Source of the DNA: an uncultured Actinomycetes bacterium
GTDB taxonomy: Bacteria > Actinomycetota > Actinomycetes > Nanopelagicales > Nanopelagicaceae
DNA: 37,355 nucleotides
NCBI GenBank assembly: GCA_903842855.1
Contig: CAIMNT010000096.1
Location: 1 to 37,355, forward strand
Direction: 5' to 3'
The first letter of the stretch is position 1; every line of letters begins with the position of its first letter. Positions 1-10,903 of the stretch are shown piece by piece. The notes under the pieces are model-generated. The model had not been told where the DNA came from. It made no database searches and saw nothing but the letters and a program-made list of their open reading frames with translations. A program made the translations under genes and the position numbers.

Positions 1-1295
1 AGTGGCAAGAAATACAAGAAGTTAAGAACAACGAGCGCTAAGAATCCATAACTTGCATAGCGCTTAAATTTTGTAACAAAACCAAACCTGTCGGGTTCCA
101 GCAATTTGGATAGGGCAAACACAACGATCAGAATAATAAATGGCTCAAAGGCGATGGTGTAGAAATTAAAGATGGTGCGTTTTTGCCAGTTAAACCAGGG
201 AAGATAACCCGCAGCCAAACTCAGGAGAAGTATGCCGCTCTGCCATTCGCGTCTGGATATCCAATAGCCAAAGGTCACGGCAATCGCGGCAACTGCTGAC
301 CACCAGAGCAGTGGAGTTCCCAGTGCCAAAACTTCTTGGGCACATGCCGGCGCACCACATCCATGCGGGGCTTGGTAATAGAACGAGGTGGGCCTGGCCA
401 TTATTAACCAACCCCACGGATTTGCGGAGTATGGATGCGAGGCTGTCAAAGTGGTATGAAAATTCCACATCTCTGAGTGATAGTGCCAGAGGGAGCGCAC
501 CGGTGCAGGAATAAAGTTGAAGAATCCATGGTGTTGGGAGTTGGCCCAATTGCGATCGTAGCCAGAGGTGTTCAACAACCAACCCATCCAACTCAGGAAA
601 TATATGAGGATAGGGATAAGGATGTACTGCAAAATTCTCTTCCAGAGTTTTTCTCGCAACAATACTTTGATTGGAGTTTCAAGTTCCAACGCTTTATTCC
701 GTCGATAATCCACGTATAAGGTGAAGAGGAGATATGCAATCAAATAGTAAAGACCACTCCACTTCGTAGCCGCTGCCAAGCCCAGTGAGATTCCGGCAGC
801 CCAGTGTTGATTTCGCAGGAGAAAGAAGAATCCCAGCAAAGTAAAAAACATTAAGAAAATATCAAGTAGCGCGGTTCGCGACATGACGAGATGTAATCCA
901 TCTGCGCTCATCAATATTCCCGCAGAAAGTGAGAGGAAATAGTTGTTGAAAAGGCGTTTTGCGATATAAAAAATCATCACAATGGATAGGGAGCCGGCGA
1001 CAGCCGCGGCAATACGCCAGCCAAATTCGTGATACCCGAATAATTTAATTCCGAGCGCGATCATCCATTTGCCTACCGGAGGGTGAACGATAAATTCTGC
1101 CGCTGCCGTTTTTGGGTCTAACTCCACACCGTGGTGAAGTAGAGAGTTGGCGTTTTGAGCGTAGTAGACCTCATCAAATACAAAACCTTTAGGGCTTCCC
1201 AGGTGCCAGATTCTGAGGAGGAGCGCGGAAACTCCGAGCCCCAGCGCGGTCAGGTGATCGCGAAAGCGGTTAACACCGACCTCAAAGGTTGTCAT
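1..1295 (-). CDS. pmt: Protein O-mannosyltransferase (GT39/PMT family); the 3' end runs off the left edge of the window
   Basis: Absent from the ORF track because there is no stop inside the window. Manual reverse-strand translation from the ATG (complement of 1293-1295) gives an uninterrupted frame of about 431 codons: MTTFEVGVNRFRDHLTALGLGVSALLLRIWHLGSPKGFVFDEVYYAQNA...WNFHTTLTASHPYSANPWGWLIMARPTSFYYQ... It is polytopic and hydrophobic. The FDEVYY acidic loop motif and the HPY-x-x-NPW motif are typical of PMT enzymes. It is divergent to rsmI, as Rv1002c/Rv1003 are. Confidence 0.8.
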   Translation of the reverse strand, partial: MTTFEVGVNRFRDHLTALGLGVSALLLRIWHLGSPKGFVFDEVYYAQNANSLLHHGVELDPKTAAAEFIVHPPVGKWMIALGIKLFGYHEFGWRIAAAVAGSLSIVMIFYIAKRLFNNYFLSLSAGILMSADGLHLVMSRTALLDIFLMFFTLLGFFFLLRNQHWAAGISLGLAAATKWSGLYYLIAYLLFTLYVDYRRNKALELETPIKVLLREKLWKRILQYILIPILIYFLSWMGWLLNTSGYDRNWANSQHHGFFNFIPAPVRSLWHYHSEMWNFHTTLTASHPYSANPWGWLIMARPTSFYYQAPHGCGAPACAQEVLALGTPLLWWSAVAAIAVTFGYWISRREWQSGILLLSLAAGYLPWFNWQKRTIFNFYTIAFEPFIILIVVFALSKLLEPDRFGFVTKFKRYASYGFLALVVLNFLYFLP

Positions 1296-1327
1296 GTGCC
1301 AAGCGTAAAGCCTGCGACAATTACCTC

Positions 1328-2167
1328 ATGCTGATCCTTGCCTGTGGACCCCTTGGAAATGTGGGAGATACAACTGCTCGGATTAAATCTGTATTGGAGA
1401 GCGTTCCCTATATTGCTGCGGAGGATTCGCGGAAATTAAACCGCCTCACCAGCGACCTGGGGATTCGCTACTCGGGAAAGGTCATCTCATATTTTGAGGG
1501 TAACGAGAATGAGCGCTTAGAGCAGCTCAGCGCGATTTTAGTGAGTGGCGATGATCTCCTGGTGATCACTGATGCGGGAGCCCCTGGAATCAGCGATCCT
1601 GGATATCGTCTCATACGTGTGGCAGTTGAACTTGGAATCGACATCCAGGTTCTGCCAGGTCCAAGTGCTGTAACAACAGCCCTTCTGCTTTCAGGGCTTG
1701 CCACAGATCGTTTCTGCTTCGAAGGCTTTGCACCCCGAACTTTGGGGGCGCGACAGAGTTGGTATGAAAAACTCAGCAATGAAGAGCGCACCATAATTTT
1801 CTTCGAGGCACCCCACAGATTGCACGACTCTTTGACTGATGCGGTTGCGGCATTTGGAGCCGATCGAAAAGGCGCAATCTGCCGCGAGATGACCAAGACG
1901 TACGAAGAGACGATTCGAGGTTCTATCTCCGAACTTCTTGAGTGGAGCGCTAATCGTGAGATCTTGGGTGAAATAACCATCGTCTTCGAGGGTTTTGATC
2001 CGAGCTCGCAAAGTTATACCTCGGCTCAACTGGTTGAAATGGTCCGTGCCCGCGAGGTGGCCGGAGATGCACGCAAAGATGCCATTGCCGCAATCGCCAA
2101 AGAGGTTAACCTTCCCAAACGGTTTGTCTTCGACGCTATGGTCGGTGCCAAGCCTGCTGAAAGATAA
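1328..2167 (+). CDS. rsmI: 16S rRNA (cytidine1402-2'-O)-methyltransferase RsmI
   Basis: ORF 1289..2167. The TTG at 1289 would overlap the pmt start. The conserved N-terminus begins at ATG 1328 (MLILACGPLGNVGD, the family's PIGNxxD-type motif), followed by IAAEDSRK and a tetrapyrrole-methylase-like fold pattern. Confidence 0.85.
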   Translation: MLILACGPLGNVGDTTARIKSVLESVPYIAAEDSRKLNRLTSDLGIRYSGKVISYFEGNENERLEQLSAILVSGDDLLVITDAGAPGISDPGYRLIRVAVELGIDIQVLPGPSAVTTALLLSGLATDRFCFEGFAPRTLGARQSWYEKLSNEERTIIFFEAPHRLHDSLTDAVAAFGADRKGAICREMTKTYEETIRGSISELLEWSANREILGEITIVFEGFDPSSQSYTSAQLVEMVRAREVAGDARKDAIAAIAKEVNLPKRFVFDAMVGAKPAER

Positions 2168-2176
2168 GATCGCCTT

Positions 2177-3742
2177 ATGAGCGCCGATTCCAAATCTTTT
2201 TACCTCACGACGCCGATTTATTATGTGAACGATGCCCCACATATCGGTACCGCTTACACCACAGTTGCTGGGGATGTACTTACGCGCTGGCATCGTCAAC
2301 GCGGGGAGTCTGTCTGGTTTTTAACGGGCACTGACGAGCATGGTCAAAAGGTTCTGAGTGCGGCGCAATCCAATGGAGTAGCTCCTCAAGAGTGGTGCGA
2401 CCGCTTGGTGGAGGAGTCTTGGAAGCCGGTCTGGAAAGACTTGAACATTGCTAACGATGATTTTATTCGTACAACTGAACCTCGGCATATGGAGCGAGTA
2501 CAACGCTTTCTTACCGGACTCAAAGATGCGGGCTATATCTACTCAGGCAAATATGAAGGTCCATATTGCATTGGTTGTGAAGAATTTAAACTTCCTGCAG
2601 ATTTGGATGAAGGACGCTGTAAAGTCCATGGCACTCCAGTCGAAATCTTGAGTGAAGAGAATTGGTTCTTTAAATTAAGCGCTTTCGTGCCACAAATATT
2701 GCAACACTACAAAGACCATCCAGAGGCATGCGAACCAGCTAGTGCCCGAAATGAAGTGGTTTCATTCTTGGAGAGCGGTGTAGAAGACCTCTCGATCTCT
2801 CGCTCTACCTTTGATTGGGGAATTCCCGTTCCTTGGGATACCAAGCAAGTGGTCTACGTCTGGTTTGATGCGCTGTTGAACTATGCGACTGCAGTTGGGC
2901 TCGGCGATGAAGCTGGAAGCGATGGTGCGCAGAAATTTCTGAGAACGTGGCCAGCAGATGTGCATCTAGTCGGTAAAGATATTTTGCGCTTTCACGCTGT
3001 TATCTGGCCCGCCATGTTGATGGCCGCGAATTTGCCGCTACCAAAGAAGGTTTTTGCGCACGGATGGCTATTGGTCGGCGGCGAGAAGATGTCTAAATCA
3101 AAGGCGAACAAGATCGCTCCATCTGAGATCACCGATCATTTCGGCGTAGATGCATTTCGATATTACTTCCTACGTGCAATTCCATTTGGAAGCGATGGAT
3201 CTTTCTCCTGGGAGGATATGTCGGCTCGTTATACATCTGAGCTAGCTAATGATTTTGGAAATCTTGCCTCACGTTTAATAGCGATGATTGAGAAATATTG
3301 TGATGGGCTGATCCCCGCTGTGGCTTATGACGAAACACTAAGTAACGCCTTAAGCCTTGCTGCAAGTACCGCCGATAGCGCGATTGTCGCTTTGGATTTT
3401 CAAACTGGCATAAATGCGATCATAGATTTTTGCAAACGTGTGAACGGGTATGTGACTGAACAGCAACCTTGGGTGCTGGCTAAAGATCCCGCCAACGTCG
3501 TTGAGCTAGAGAAGGTCTTGTACAACACCGCAGATGCGCTTCGCGCGTTAGCGGTACTCCTGCATCCCATCATGCCTGCCACCACCGAAATCTTGTGGGA
3601 GAGTTTGGGCGCCAATGAAACTCTAGGTGAGATCTCCAAGCAGTTGATCGGTGATGTGGGCCGTTGGGGACAGTTGCCCAAAGGGTCCAAGGTCACGAAA
3701 GGTGCAGTTCTCTTTCCGCGGCTAGAAGAAAAAGCGGAGTAG
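2177..3742 (+). CDS. metG: Methionine--tRNA ligase (short form, no C-terminal tRNA-binding extension)
   Basis: 521 aa. Class I motifs are visible: PHIGTAYT (HIGH-type) and KMSKS. A CxxC...C zinc knuckle is present in the CP domain. Confidence 0.95.
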   Translation: MSADSKSFYLTTPIYYVNDAPHIGTAYTTVAGDVLTRWHRQRGESVWFLTGTDEHGQKVLSAAQSNGVAPQEWCDRLVEESWKPVWKDLNIANDDFIRTTEPRHMERVQRFLTGLKDAGYIYSGKYEGPYCIGCEEFKLPADLDEGRCKVHGTPVEILSEENWFFKLSAFVPQILQHYKDHPEACEPASARNEVVSFLESGVEDLSISRSTFDWGIPVPWDTKQVVYVWFDALLNYATAVGLGDEAGSDGAQKFLRTWPADVHLVGKDILRFHAVIWPAMLMAANLPLPKKVFAHGWLLVGGEKMSKSKANKIAPSEITDHFGVDAFRYYFLRAIPFGSDGSFSWEDMSARYTSELANDFGNLASRLIAMIEKYCDGLIPAVAYDETLSNALSLAASTADSAIVALDFQTGINAIIDFCKRVNGYVTEQQPWVLAKDPANVVELEKVLYNTADALRALAVLLHPIMPATTEILWESLGANETLGEISKQLIGDVGRWGQLPKGSKVTKGAVLFPRLEEKAE

Positions 3743-4600
3743 ATGTCCGACCGCCACTCTCTTAAGGAGCCTCGTCCAGACGCACCCGTTCCTGAACCGC
3801 TTAAGAGGCCTTGCATAGATGTGCATGCACATATGGAACTTGTTACAGAGAGCGCACCAGATGCACCGGAAGTTGCTGAACTTCTCGCATCCGCGGCTCG
3901 CGCTGGTATAGATCGCGTCATTCAAGTTGGCTATTCCGCAGCTCAATCCCGTTGGGGAGTTAAGTGCGCTGAAAGCTTTCCTGGGCAGGTATTGGCTGCG
4001 GTAGCACTCCACCCCAATGAAGCTCCCGTAGTAGCAGATTTAGAGGCGGATCTCGCTGTTATTGAGGAACTAGCCGCTCATCCACGCGTACGCGCTATCG
4101 GTGAGACTGGTCTTGATTTCTTTAGAACTGAACCGGAGCTGCGTGATCGACAGATTTACTCTTTCAAGCGACACATTGCACTTGCGAAAGAGGTCGACAA
4201 AGCCTTGGTAATTCATGATCGCAATGCGCATCGCGCCGTTCTTGATACCTTGCTTGATGTTGGTGCCCCTCGTTTGACTATTTTTCATTGCTATTCCGGC
4301 GATGCCGAGATGGCACGCGAATGCGTCGATGCCGGGTATTTCTTATCATTCGCAGGAACCGTGACTTTTAAAAATGCGCCAGAGTTACGCGAGGCCGCCA
4401 AACTAGTTCCAGTCGAGCAATTGTTGATCGAGACCGACTCTCCTTTCTTGGCGCCTGCACCACATCGCGGAACTCTTAATACTCCAGCACAAGTGGCAAA
4501 CATCATTAGGTTTGTAGCTGATCTGCGCGATGTGAGCGTCGAGTATTTATGCGATCAGGTAACAGAAAATGCGTTACGTTTGTTCGGAAGTTTTGATTAA
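3743..4600 (+). CDS. tatD: TatD-family metal-dependent DNase/hydrolase
   Basis: Motifs seen: IDVHAHM, HPNEA, IGETGLDFFR, VIHDRNAH, FHCYSGD, ETDSPFL. It starts directly after the metG stop, and its TAA overlaps the rsmA ATG (TAATG). Confidence 0.9.
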   Translation: MSDRHSLKEPRPDAPVPEPLKRPCIDVHAHMELVTESAPDAPEVAELLASAARAGIDRVIQVGYSAAQSRWGVKCAESFPGQVLAAVALHPNEAPVVADLEADLAVIEELAAHPRVRAIGETGLDFFRTEPELRDRQIYSFKRHIALAKEVDKALVIHDRNAHRAVLDTLLDVGAPRLTIFHCYSGDAEMARECVDAGYFLSFAGTVTFKNAPELREAAKLVPVEQLLIETDSPFLAPAPHRGTLNTPAQVANIIRFVADLRDVSVEYLCDQVTENALRLFGSFD

Positions 4601-5433
4601 TGACCACGCTGCTGGGTGCGGCAGAAATTCGCGAGATTGCAGCGCGCATCGGAGTTAACCCAACTAAAAAGTTGGGACAAAATTTTGTGGTTGACGCTAA
4701 TACTTGTCGTCGCATCGTTAAGGTCGCAGATGTGAATTCCGACGATGTTGCACTTGAAATTGGACCAGGGCTCGGTTCGCTCACACTTGCGCTGCTAGAG
4801 ATCGCGAAATCGGTGATTGCAATTGAGATCGATCCGCGGCTAGCGATGGAGTTACCGAATACCGCTTCCACCCACGGATTCGATAGTGCGAAGTTGCTCA
4901 TGATTAATGAAGATGCTCTGGCAACGCAATCACTTCCACTGGAACCCACAATCTTGGTGGCAAATCTGCCTTACAACATATCTGTCCCGGTTCTGTTGCA
5001 CTTCCTTGAGAAATTTCCAACAATCCGTTCGGGTGTAGTGATGGTCCAAAGCGAAGTCGCCGATCGTCTCATTGCAAGGCCCGGAAATAAGACCTATGGG
5101 TCGCCTTCCGTAAAAGCCACTTGGTGGGCAGATATGAGTGGAGCAGGAAACGTTGCCAGGCAGGTCTTTTGGCCGATCCCCAATGTGGACTCTTCACTGG
5201 TTCGATTTGTGAGACATGAAGCTGCGGGCAGTGAATCGGAGCGAGCTCTCACCTTTTCAGTGATTGATGCGGCATTCGCCCAACGCCGCAAAATGCTCAG
5301 AAGTGCTCTATCTCAATTATTCGCAGGCGAGGCAGAGGTAGCCATAGGTGAGGCCGGAGTAGATCCCACTGCCCGCGGTGAGACTTTGCTTCTCCGCGAC
5401 TTTATGGCGATTGCCAATACGCTAGAGCCATGA
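4600..5433 (+). CDS. rsmA: 16S rRNA (adenine1518/1519-N6)-dimethyltransferase RsmA/KsgA
   Basis: Motifs seen: KKLGQNFVVD, the EIGPGLGSLT SAM-binding motif, and NLPYNIS. Confidence 0.92.
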   Translation: MTTLLGAAEIREIAARIGVNPTKKLGQNFVVDANTCRRIVKVADVNSDDVALEIGPGLGSLTLALLEIAKSVIAIEIDPRLAMELPNTASTHGFDSAKLLMINEDALATQSLPLEPTILVANLPYNISVPVLLHFLEKFPTIRSGVVMVQSEVADRLIARPGNKTYGSPSVKATWWADMSGAGNVARQVFWPIPNVDSSLVRFVRHEAAGSESERALTFSVIDAAFAQRRKMLRSALSQLFAGEAEVAIGEAGVDPTARGETLLLRDFMAIANTLEP

Positions 5434-6350
5434 GGCGTAACGGAGTAGTTGTGCGAGTTCCCGGAAAGGTGAACTTGCAACTCTCGGTTGGCCCGCTTGA
5501 ACCAGATGGCTATCACGAAGTCACAACCGTTTTTCAAGCAATCGCAATTTACGATGATGTCTCAGTGAGATTTGCAGAGCCAGGTTCTGGAATCACTTTG
5601 ACGATCAGTGGCCCAACTGCAGCTGGCGTCCCTATAGATTCAACAAACTTGGCTTATCGCGCTGCTCAACTCATGATTGATCTGCACGACCTTGATTCCG
5701 ATATCTCGATTCATATCAAGAAAGAGATTCCTGTCGCGGGTGGAATGGCTGGTGGGAGTGCCGATGCGGCAGCGGTGATCGTTGCCTTCGATGCCCTCTT
5801 TGAACTTGGCTTATCGCGCGATGGTATGGAGAAGATCGGTGCACAACTAGGTAGCGATGTTCCTTTCGCCATTACAGGCGGCATCGCAATTGGACGTGGC
5901 CACGGGGATCAACTCACCCCCGTTCTGGCTCGGGGAAGTTATAACTGGGTCTTAGCGATGGCGCCTCAAGGGCTATCTACACAGTCGGTTTATAGGGAAT
6001 GCGATCGACTTCGCACCGGGTTAGATATCGCTCGGCCTCAAGTCTCGGATCAGATCTTGCAGGCGCTACGTGCTGGGGATGCCGAGCTTGTGGGTAGGTC
6101 CTTGGCTAACGATCTCCAGTCGGCAGCCTGTTCGCTGCGCCCAGCACTACGCCTAGTCCTCGATGTGGGAATTGATTATGGCGCCCTAGGTGCAGTCGTT
6201 TCGGGTAGCGGCCCCACGGTTGCCTTCTTGGTCGCCGATGAAGAGCGGGCTCTTGATTTAACCGTTGCTCTTAGCGCGAGCGGTGTGGTTGCAGGAGTTA
6301 TTAGAGCCACAGGTCCCACACATGGAGCTCGCGCAATCGAAACTCTCTAG
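5430..6350 (+). CDS. ispE: 4-diphosphocytidyl-2-C-methyl-D-erythritol kinase
   Basis: The GHMP kinase motif PVAGGMAGGSADAAA and the N-terminal PGKVNLQLSVG are present. There is a 4-nt overlap with rsmA. Confidence 0.9.
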   Translation: MRRNGVVVRVPGKVNLQLSVGPLEPDGYHEVTTVFQAIAIYDDVSVRFAEPGSGITLTISGPTAAGVPIDSTNLAYRAAQLMIDLHDLDSDISIHIKKEIPVAGGMAGGSADAAAVIVAFDALFELGLSRDGMEKIGAQLGSDVPFAITGGIAIGRGHGDQLTPVLARGSYNWVLAMAPQGLSTQSVYRECDRLRTGLDIARPQVSDQILQALRAGDAELVGRSLANDLQSAACSLRPALRLVLDVGIDYGALGAVVSGSGPTVAFLVADEERALDLTVALSASGVVAGVIRATGPTHGARAIETL

Positions 6351-6429
6351 AGGCCTCAGTAGAACCACCCTAAAACACCGTAAATTCTGCGTATTTGTCG
6401 CAATGGCACTTATAAGGGAGAATTCAGGT

Positions 6430-6504
6430 TCCGCCATTGTGTAGTGGCTAGCACATGGGCCTTTGAAGCCCAGGGTCCAGGATCGATACCTGGTGGCGGA
6501 GCCA
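6430..6504 (+). tRNA. tRNA-Gln (anticodon TTG), CCA encoded
   Basis: Manual cloverleaf: acceptor TCCGCCA/TGGCGGA, D stem GTGT/GCAC, anticodon stem TGGGC/GCCCA with loop CTTTGAA, T stem CCAGG/CCTGG, discriminator G followed by CCA. The U1:A72 first pair is typical of tRNA-Gln. Confidence 0.85.
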
Positions 6505-6538
6505 TAACGCAGCCGCCGAAGCAGTGAGGGGGAGAGCA

Positions 6539-7987
6539 GTGAAGCAGCTCGACCTCGTAATCGTCTTAGCTGCCGGCGAGGGAACTCGTATGAAATCTGC
6601 CCTTCCAAAGGTTCTCCATCAAATAGCTGGTCGCCCAATCGTCGATCACGTTATCAATGCAACAACGCCCTTACATGCCAAAGAGTTACGGGTAGTCGTA
6701 GGAGCCGCACGCGAACTAGTTGAGGAGCACCTCCTTACCCAATTTCCAGGGACGACCATCGTGGTTCAAGAGCAGCGCAATGGCACGGGCCATGCGGTTC
6801 AGGTGGCTCTTGAGGGAGCGCCTCAAATCGGCACAGTTTTGATTTTGGCAGGCGATACTCCTTTGCTCACCTCTGTAACCCTTCAAGAGTTTTTTGACGC
6901 CCACACTGGGCTAGAAGTCGATGCATCAGTACTTAGCGCTTTTGTCCCAGACCCTTTCGGCTATGGACGAATAGTGCGAGCCGAAGATGGATCGCTCGAA
7001 GGAATTGTTGAGGAGCGCGACGCCGATCCACTGCAAAAAGAGATCGATGAGATTAATACAGGTGTCTATCTCTTTGATATTGCCGTACTCCGCTCTGCGC
7101 TCGCTGGACTCAAGAGTGGCAACTCGCAGGGCGAGCTTTACCTCACCGATGTATTGGCGCTTATCAAGGAAGCTGGAAAGAGCGCTCTCGCTATTGCCTC
7201 TAGCGACTATACCGAGACGCTCGGGGCAAATGACCGTAGCCAGTTGGCAGAGTGCGCTGCGATCATGCGCGATCGCATTAATGAGACCCTTATGAAAAAC
7301 GGTGTCAGCATTATCGATCCCACAACCACGTGGATAGATCTGGGGGTTGAAATCGCCCCTGATGTCACCATTCATCCAGGTAGCTCCATTACTGGAAATA
7401 CCAAGATCGAAACAGGGGCCACCATCGGCCCGCGCACGACACTGCAGAATGTTTTTGTAGGGGCTGGAGCGAGTGTCATAGAAAGCCGTGCCACCGATTC
7501 TGCAATTGGAGCTGGGGCGAACGTTGGGCCCTTTAGTTTTATCCGGCCTGGAACTACCTTGGCGGAAGGCAGCAAAGTCGGCGCCTATGTCGAAGTCAAA
7601 AACTCCAGCATTGGAGCCGGCTCCAAAGTGCCTCATCTTTCGTATGTTGGGGATGCCACTATCGGTTCGGGGACCAATATTGGAGCGGCCACCATATTTG
7701 TGAATTACGACGGGGTGGAGAAGCACGAGACCACTATTGGCAATGACGTGCGGATAGGTAGCGACACCATGTTGGTGGCACCGGTAAACATTGGCGATGG
7801 CGCCTATACAGCGGCTGGCTCTGTCATCACCGAGGACGTTCCAGCAGGTTCCATAGGAGTTGCTAGGGCAAAACAGAGAAATGTCTTAGGGTGGGTTCTG
7901 CGTAAGCGGGCGGGCTCGAAGTCGGCCGAATCTGCCAAAAAAGCCGGAGCCACTGATGGCTCTACTAAAGCACAGGGGGAAGCATGA
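6539..7987 (+). CDS. glmU: Bifunctional GlcNAc-1-phosphate uridyltransferase / glucosamine-1-phosphate acetyltransferase
   Basis: [11 protein letters not shown] nucleotidyltransferase motif plus C-terminal left-handed beta-helix hexapeptide repeats. The track start is 6524. I prefer GTG 6539, which is preceded by a GAGGGGGAG Shine-Dalgarno sequence. Confidence 0.92.
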   Translation: MKQLDLVIVLAAGEGTRMKSALPKVLHQIAGRPIVDHVINATTPLHAKELRVVVGAARELVEEHLLTQFPGTTIVVQEQRNGTGHAVQVALEGAPQIGTVLILAGDTPLLTSVTLQEFFDAHTGLEVDASVLSAFVPDPFGYGRIVRAEDGSLEGIVEERDADPLQKEIDEINTGVYLFDIAVLRSALAGLKSGNSQGELYLTDVLALIKEAGKSALAIASSDYTETLGANDRSQLAECAAIMRDRINETLMKNGVSIIDPTTTWIDLGVEIAPDVTIHPGSSITGNTKIETGATIGPRTTLQNVFVGAGASVIESRATDSAIGAGANVGPFSFIRPGTTLAEGSKVGAYVEVKNSSIGAGSKVPHLSYVGDATIGSGTNIGAATIFVNYDGVEKHETTIGNDVRIGSDTMLVAPVNIGDGAYTAAGSVITEDVPAGSIGVARAKQRNVLGWVLRKRAGSKSAESAKKAGATDGSTKAQGEA

Positions 7988-8964
7988 GCGAACTTCGACT
8001 TAGCTCGGAAAAGCGATTACGGATCTTTACCGGTCGCGGATACCCCGAGTTAGCAGAAGATGTCGCCGCTGAACTAGGCATTCCTATCACCCCAACATCC
8101 GCATACGACTTCGCCAACGGTGAGATCTTTGTTCGCTTCGAAGAATCTGTGCGCGGCTCCGATGCCTTTGTAATTCAAAGTCACGCTGCACCAGTAAATA
8201 AGCAGATCATGGAACAACTCATCATGGTCGATGCCCTTAAGCGCGCATCGGCAAAGCGGATCACAGTTGTCGCACCGTTTTACGGATATGCCCGTCAAGA
8301 TAAGAAGCATCGTGGGCGAGAGCCAATCTCTGCTCGTTTGATGGCTGACCTTTTTAAGACCGCCGGTGCCGATCGTTTGATGGTCGTTGATCTTCACACC
8401 TCACAAATTCAAGGTTTCTTCGATGGACCAGTAGATCACCTCTTTGCACTTCCGCTTCTTACAAATTATGTGGGAAGTAAAGTTGATCGTTCGCGTCTGA
8501 CTATCGTTTCACCGGACTCTGGCCGGGTACGCGTTGCTGAACGTTGGTCAGATATGTTGGGTGGCGCTCCAATCGCATTTATTCATAAGACTCGCGATCC
8601 GCGGATTCCAAACGAATCTGTGACAGGTCGCGTGGTTGGAGATGTACAGGGTCAAACCTGTGTCGTTATAGATGACATGATCGATACAGCTGGAACAATT
8701 ACCAAGGCAGTTGATGCTCTCTTTGAAGAGGGTGCATCTGAGGTAATAGTTGCTGCAACACATGCAGTCTTATCCGGTCCAGCAGTCGAACGTTTACGTA
8801 ATTCACGAGTCAGTGAAGTCGTTGTCACCAACACTCTGCCGATAGCGGAAGAATCTCGCTTCGATAAATTGACCGTGCTCTCCATTGCACCCCTACTCGG
8901 GCGGGCAATCAAAGAGGTATTTGAAGATGGCTCAGTCACTAGCCTCTTCGATGGCCATTCCTAA
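7984..8964 (+). CDS. prs: Ribose-phosphate pyrophosphokinase
   Basis: 326 aa. Motifs seen: [11 protein letters not shown] and [12 protein letters not shown] (PRPP-binding loop). ATGA overlap with glmU. Confidence 0.95.
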   Translation: MSELRLSSEKRLRIFTGRGYPELAEDVAAELGIPITPTSAYDFANGEIFVRFEESVRGSDAFVIQSHAAPVNKQIMEQLIMVDALKRASAKRITVVAPFYGYARQDKKHRGREPISARLMADLFKTAGADRLMVVDLHTSQIQGFFDGPVDHLFALPLLTNYVGSKVDRSRLTIVSPDSGRVRVAERWSDMLGGAPIAFIHKTRDPRIPNESVTGRVVGDVQGQTCVVIDDMIDTAGTITKAVDALFEEGASEVIVAATHAVLSGPAVERLRNSRVSEVVVTNTLPIAEESRFDKLTVLSIAPLLGRAIKEVFEDGSVTSLFDGHS

Positions 8965-9131
8965 AAGGTAGTTATTTTTAGGGGATTTATGGGCCTTTTT
9001 CGAGGCAATTTGTTATAACGACTCCTAATTCGCTAACCTTAGGCTTCGTTCCGGCGAGGGATAGAAATATCCGTGATCGACGGTCTCTCTCTTGGAACGT
9101 GTTGCGTCCGTTCACTACAAGGGAGTTTTAA

Positions 9132-9737
9132 ATGGCCGAGATTCAAATCAACGGTAGCAAGCGCACCAACTTTGGTAAGGGCGCCTCACGCCGCGATCGT
9201 AAGGCTGGTTTAGTTCCTGCCGTTATCTATGGTCACAATGCAGAACCACAGCACATTGCTCTTCCATCACGCGAGTTGGCTACAGCCCTTAAGGCTTCAA
9301 ACGTTCTTCTCAACGTTAATTTTGACGGAAAGTCAGAACTCGTACTTCCAAAGTCAGTCTCTAAGAATCCTCTGACTGGAATCTTTGAGCATATCGATCT
9401 TCTCGTTGTCCGTAAGGGTGAGAAGGTAACTGTCGAAGTTCCTGTTCACACAGAGGGACAGTTCGACAAGGATGGAATCCTCGAGCACGTAAACAACACC
9501 ATCGAAGTGGAAGCAGAAGCAACTTCGATCCCATCATTCTTGGTACTTGATCTCACAGGTATGCCTGCTGGAACCAGCAAGACCGCTGCAGACGTACAAC
9601 TTCCTGCGGGAACAACCCTCGTCTCTGATCCAGAGCTCGTTGTTGTTCACTTATCTGAGCGTTCAACCTCATCTGATGCTGATACTCCTGCGGCACCTGC
9701 AGCTGAAGCAACTCCAGCTGCTGCTCCAAAAGAATAA
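9132..9737 (+). CDS. rplY: 50S ribosomal protein L25 (long Ctc form) with an Ala/Pro-rich tail
   Basis: N-terminal R..FGKGASRRDRKAGLVPAVIYG, a two-domain length (201 aa), and a GGGAG ribosome-binding site upstream. Confidence 0.9.
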   Translation: MAEIQINGSKRTNFGKGASRRDRKAGLVPAVIYGHNAEPQHIALPSRELATALKASNVLLNVNFDGKSELVLPKSVSKNPLTGIFEHIDLLVVRKGEKVTVEVPVHTEGQFDKDGILEHVNNTIEVEAEATSIPSFLVLDLTGMPAGTSKTAADVQLPAGTTLVSDPELVVVHLSERSTSSDADTPAAPAAEATPAAAPKE

Positions 9738-9758
9738 GTAGCGACTTAACACTTCACC

Positions 9759-10322
9759 ATGGCTGATCGCTGGCTGGTTTTCGGACTCGGAAACCCCGGC
9801 GATCAATATGCCAAAACTCGCCATAACATCGGCCATATGGTCATCAACTACCTGGCGAGCAATTCTAAATTTACCTCACATAAATCTCGCACAGAGATTG
9901 CCGATATCTACCTCGGGCAGATCCCTCTCACCGTTGCAAAATCAAAGTTGTATATGAACGAGTCAGGTGGGCCACTTAAAGCACTTGCTGACTTTTATAA
10001 AGTCCCAGTTGATCGCGTAATCGTCGTTCAAGATGAGATTGATCTACCCTTTGGTGCGATCCGCATTAAACAAGGTGGTGGCGATAATGGCCACAATGGG
10101 CTTAAAGACATCACTAAACACTTTGGGGGTCCCGACTACTTCCGGATTCGTCTCGGAGTTGGTCGTCCATCAGGCCCACAAGCGCCAGCGGATTGGGTCT
10201 TGAAACCTTTTTCAAGTGCAGAGCAGAAAGAGCTGCCCGACTTTGTAGCGCGTAGCGCAGATGCAGTTGAGCGGCTCATTGAAAAGGGCTTGATGCAGGC
10301 GCAACAGGATTTCAATAACTAG
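9759..10322 (+). CDS. pth: Peptidyl-tRNA hydrolase
   Basis: Motifs seen: LVFGLGNPGDQYAKTRHNIGHMV and GGGDNGHNGLKD. The rplY-pth pairing is conserved. Confidence 0.95.
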   Translation: MADRWLVFGLGNPGDQYAKTRHNIGHMVINYLASNSKFTSHKSRTEIADIYLGQIPLTVAKSKLYMNESGGPLKALADFYKVPVDRVIVVQDEIDLPFGAIRIKQGGGDNGHNGLKDITKHFGGPDYFRIRLGVGRPSGPQAPADWVLKPFSSAEQKELPDFVARSADAVERLIEKGLMQAQQDFNN

Positions 10323-10360
10323 TTCGTTAGTGCATGTGCATGGAAGCAAGCGCGCAACAA

Positions 10361-10903
10361 CTAGAGCAAACCCAATTCCGTACAGAGCCATCTCTTATCA
10401 ACTCCCTCAAATCGTAAAACCAATGAGCGAACTCGATCATTGAATCGCAAAGTGACCGTCGTTTCCGCAACTCCTTCTATCGGTTCGGATATGTAAATCT
10501 TCCGAATTTTTGGAATCTCTTTATGGCTCCCAGCCATCGCCGTTATCTTCGAGTAAACCATCCGATGGGAGAGTCTCGCCAATTGCATGGGTTGGCGTCT
10601 CCCACCCCAAATTTCAACTATTCCTAGTACGTATCGATTTACTGTCTCTTGAAGAGGTGGTAATTCCGATAAGGGTGATGGCTTGGGGAGGTACTCGCTA
10701 TCTGCATCTTCACCGTCAAGATGTTGAGGAGTAGGTACAAGAAAGAGCTTGCGTGAATGGACTTGAACTTCAACCCGAGTAGGTGTTAAAAGTTGAAGAG
10801 TTGGAGCAATGTGTATATCTACACTTGGTTCTAGTTGTCCTGGCCGTGGAAAACGAATCACACGAGGAGTTAAATCTTTAGCTTGTATTAGTTCTGCGCT
10901 CAT
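10361..10903 (-). CDS. Conserved actinobacterial protein of unknown function (Rv3235-like family)
   Basis: The C-terminal pattern IVEIWGGRRQPMQLARL...IRKIYISEPIEGVAETTVTLRFNDRVRSLVLRFEGVDKRWLCTEL resembles the Rv3235-type family as I recall it. No homology search was possible. Confidence 0.5.
   Translation of the reverse strand: MSAELIQAKDLTPRVIRFPRPGQLEPSVDIHIAPTLQLLTPTRVEVQVHSRKLFLVPTPQHLDGEDADSEYLPKPSPLSELPPLQETVNRYVLGIVEIWGGRRQPMQLARLSHRMVYSKITAMAGSHKEIPKIRKIYISEPIEGVAETTVTLRFNDRVRSLVLRFEGVDKRWLCTELGLL

Noticed and set aside
6926-7726. A 266-aa ORF antisense to glmU, together with other long antisense or shadow ORFs (1468-1980, 1691-2299, 3400-3921, 4506-4949, 26732-27238).
   Set aside because: Each lies fully inside a gene with unmistakable family motifs on the other strand or in another frame. 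Their products are low-complexity or Arg/Ser-rich with no motifs. The glmU hexapeptide-repeat region is known to generate long spurious antisense frames.
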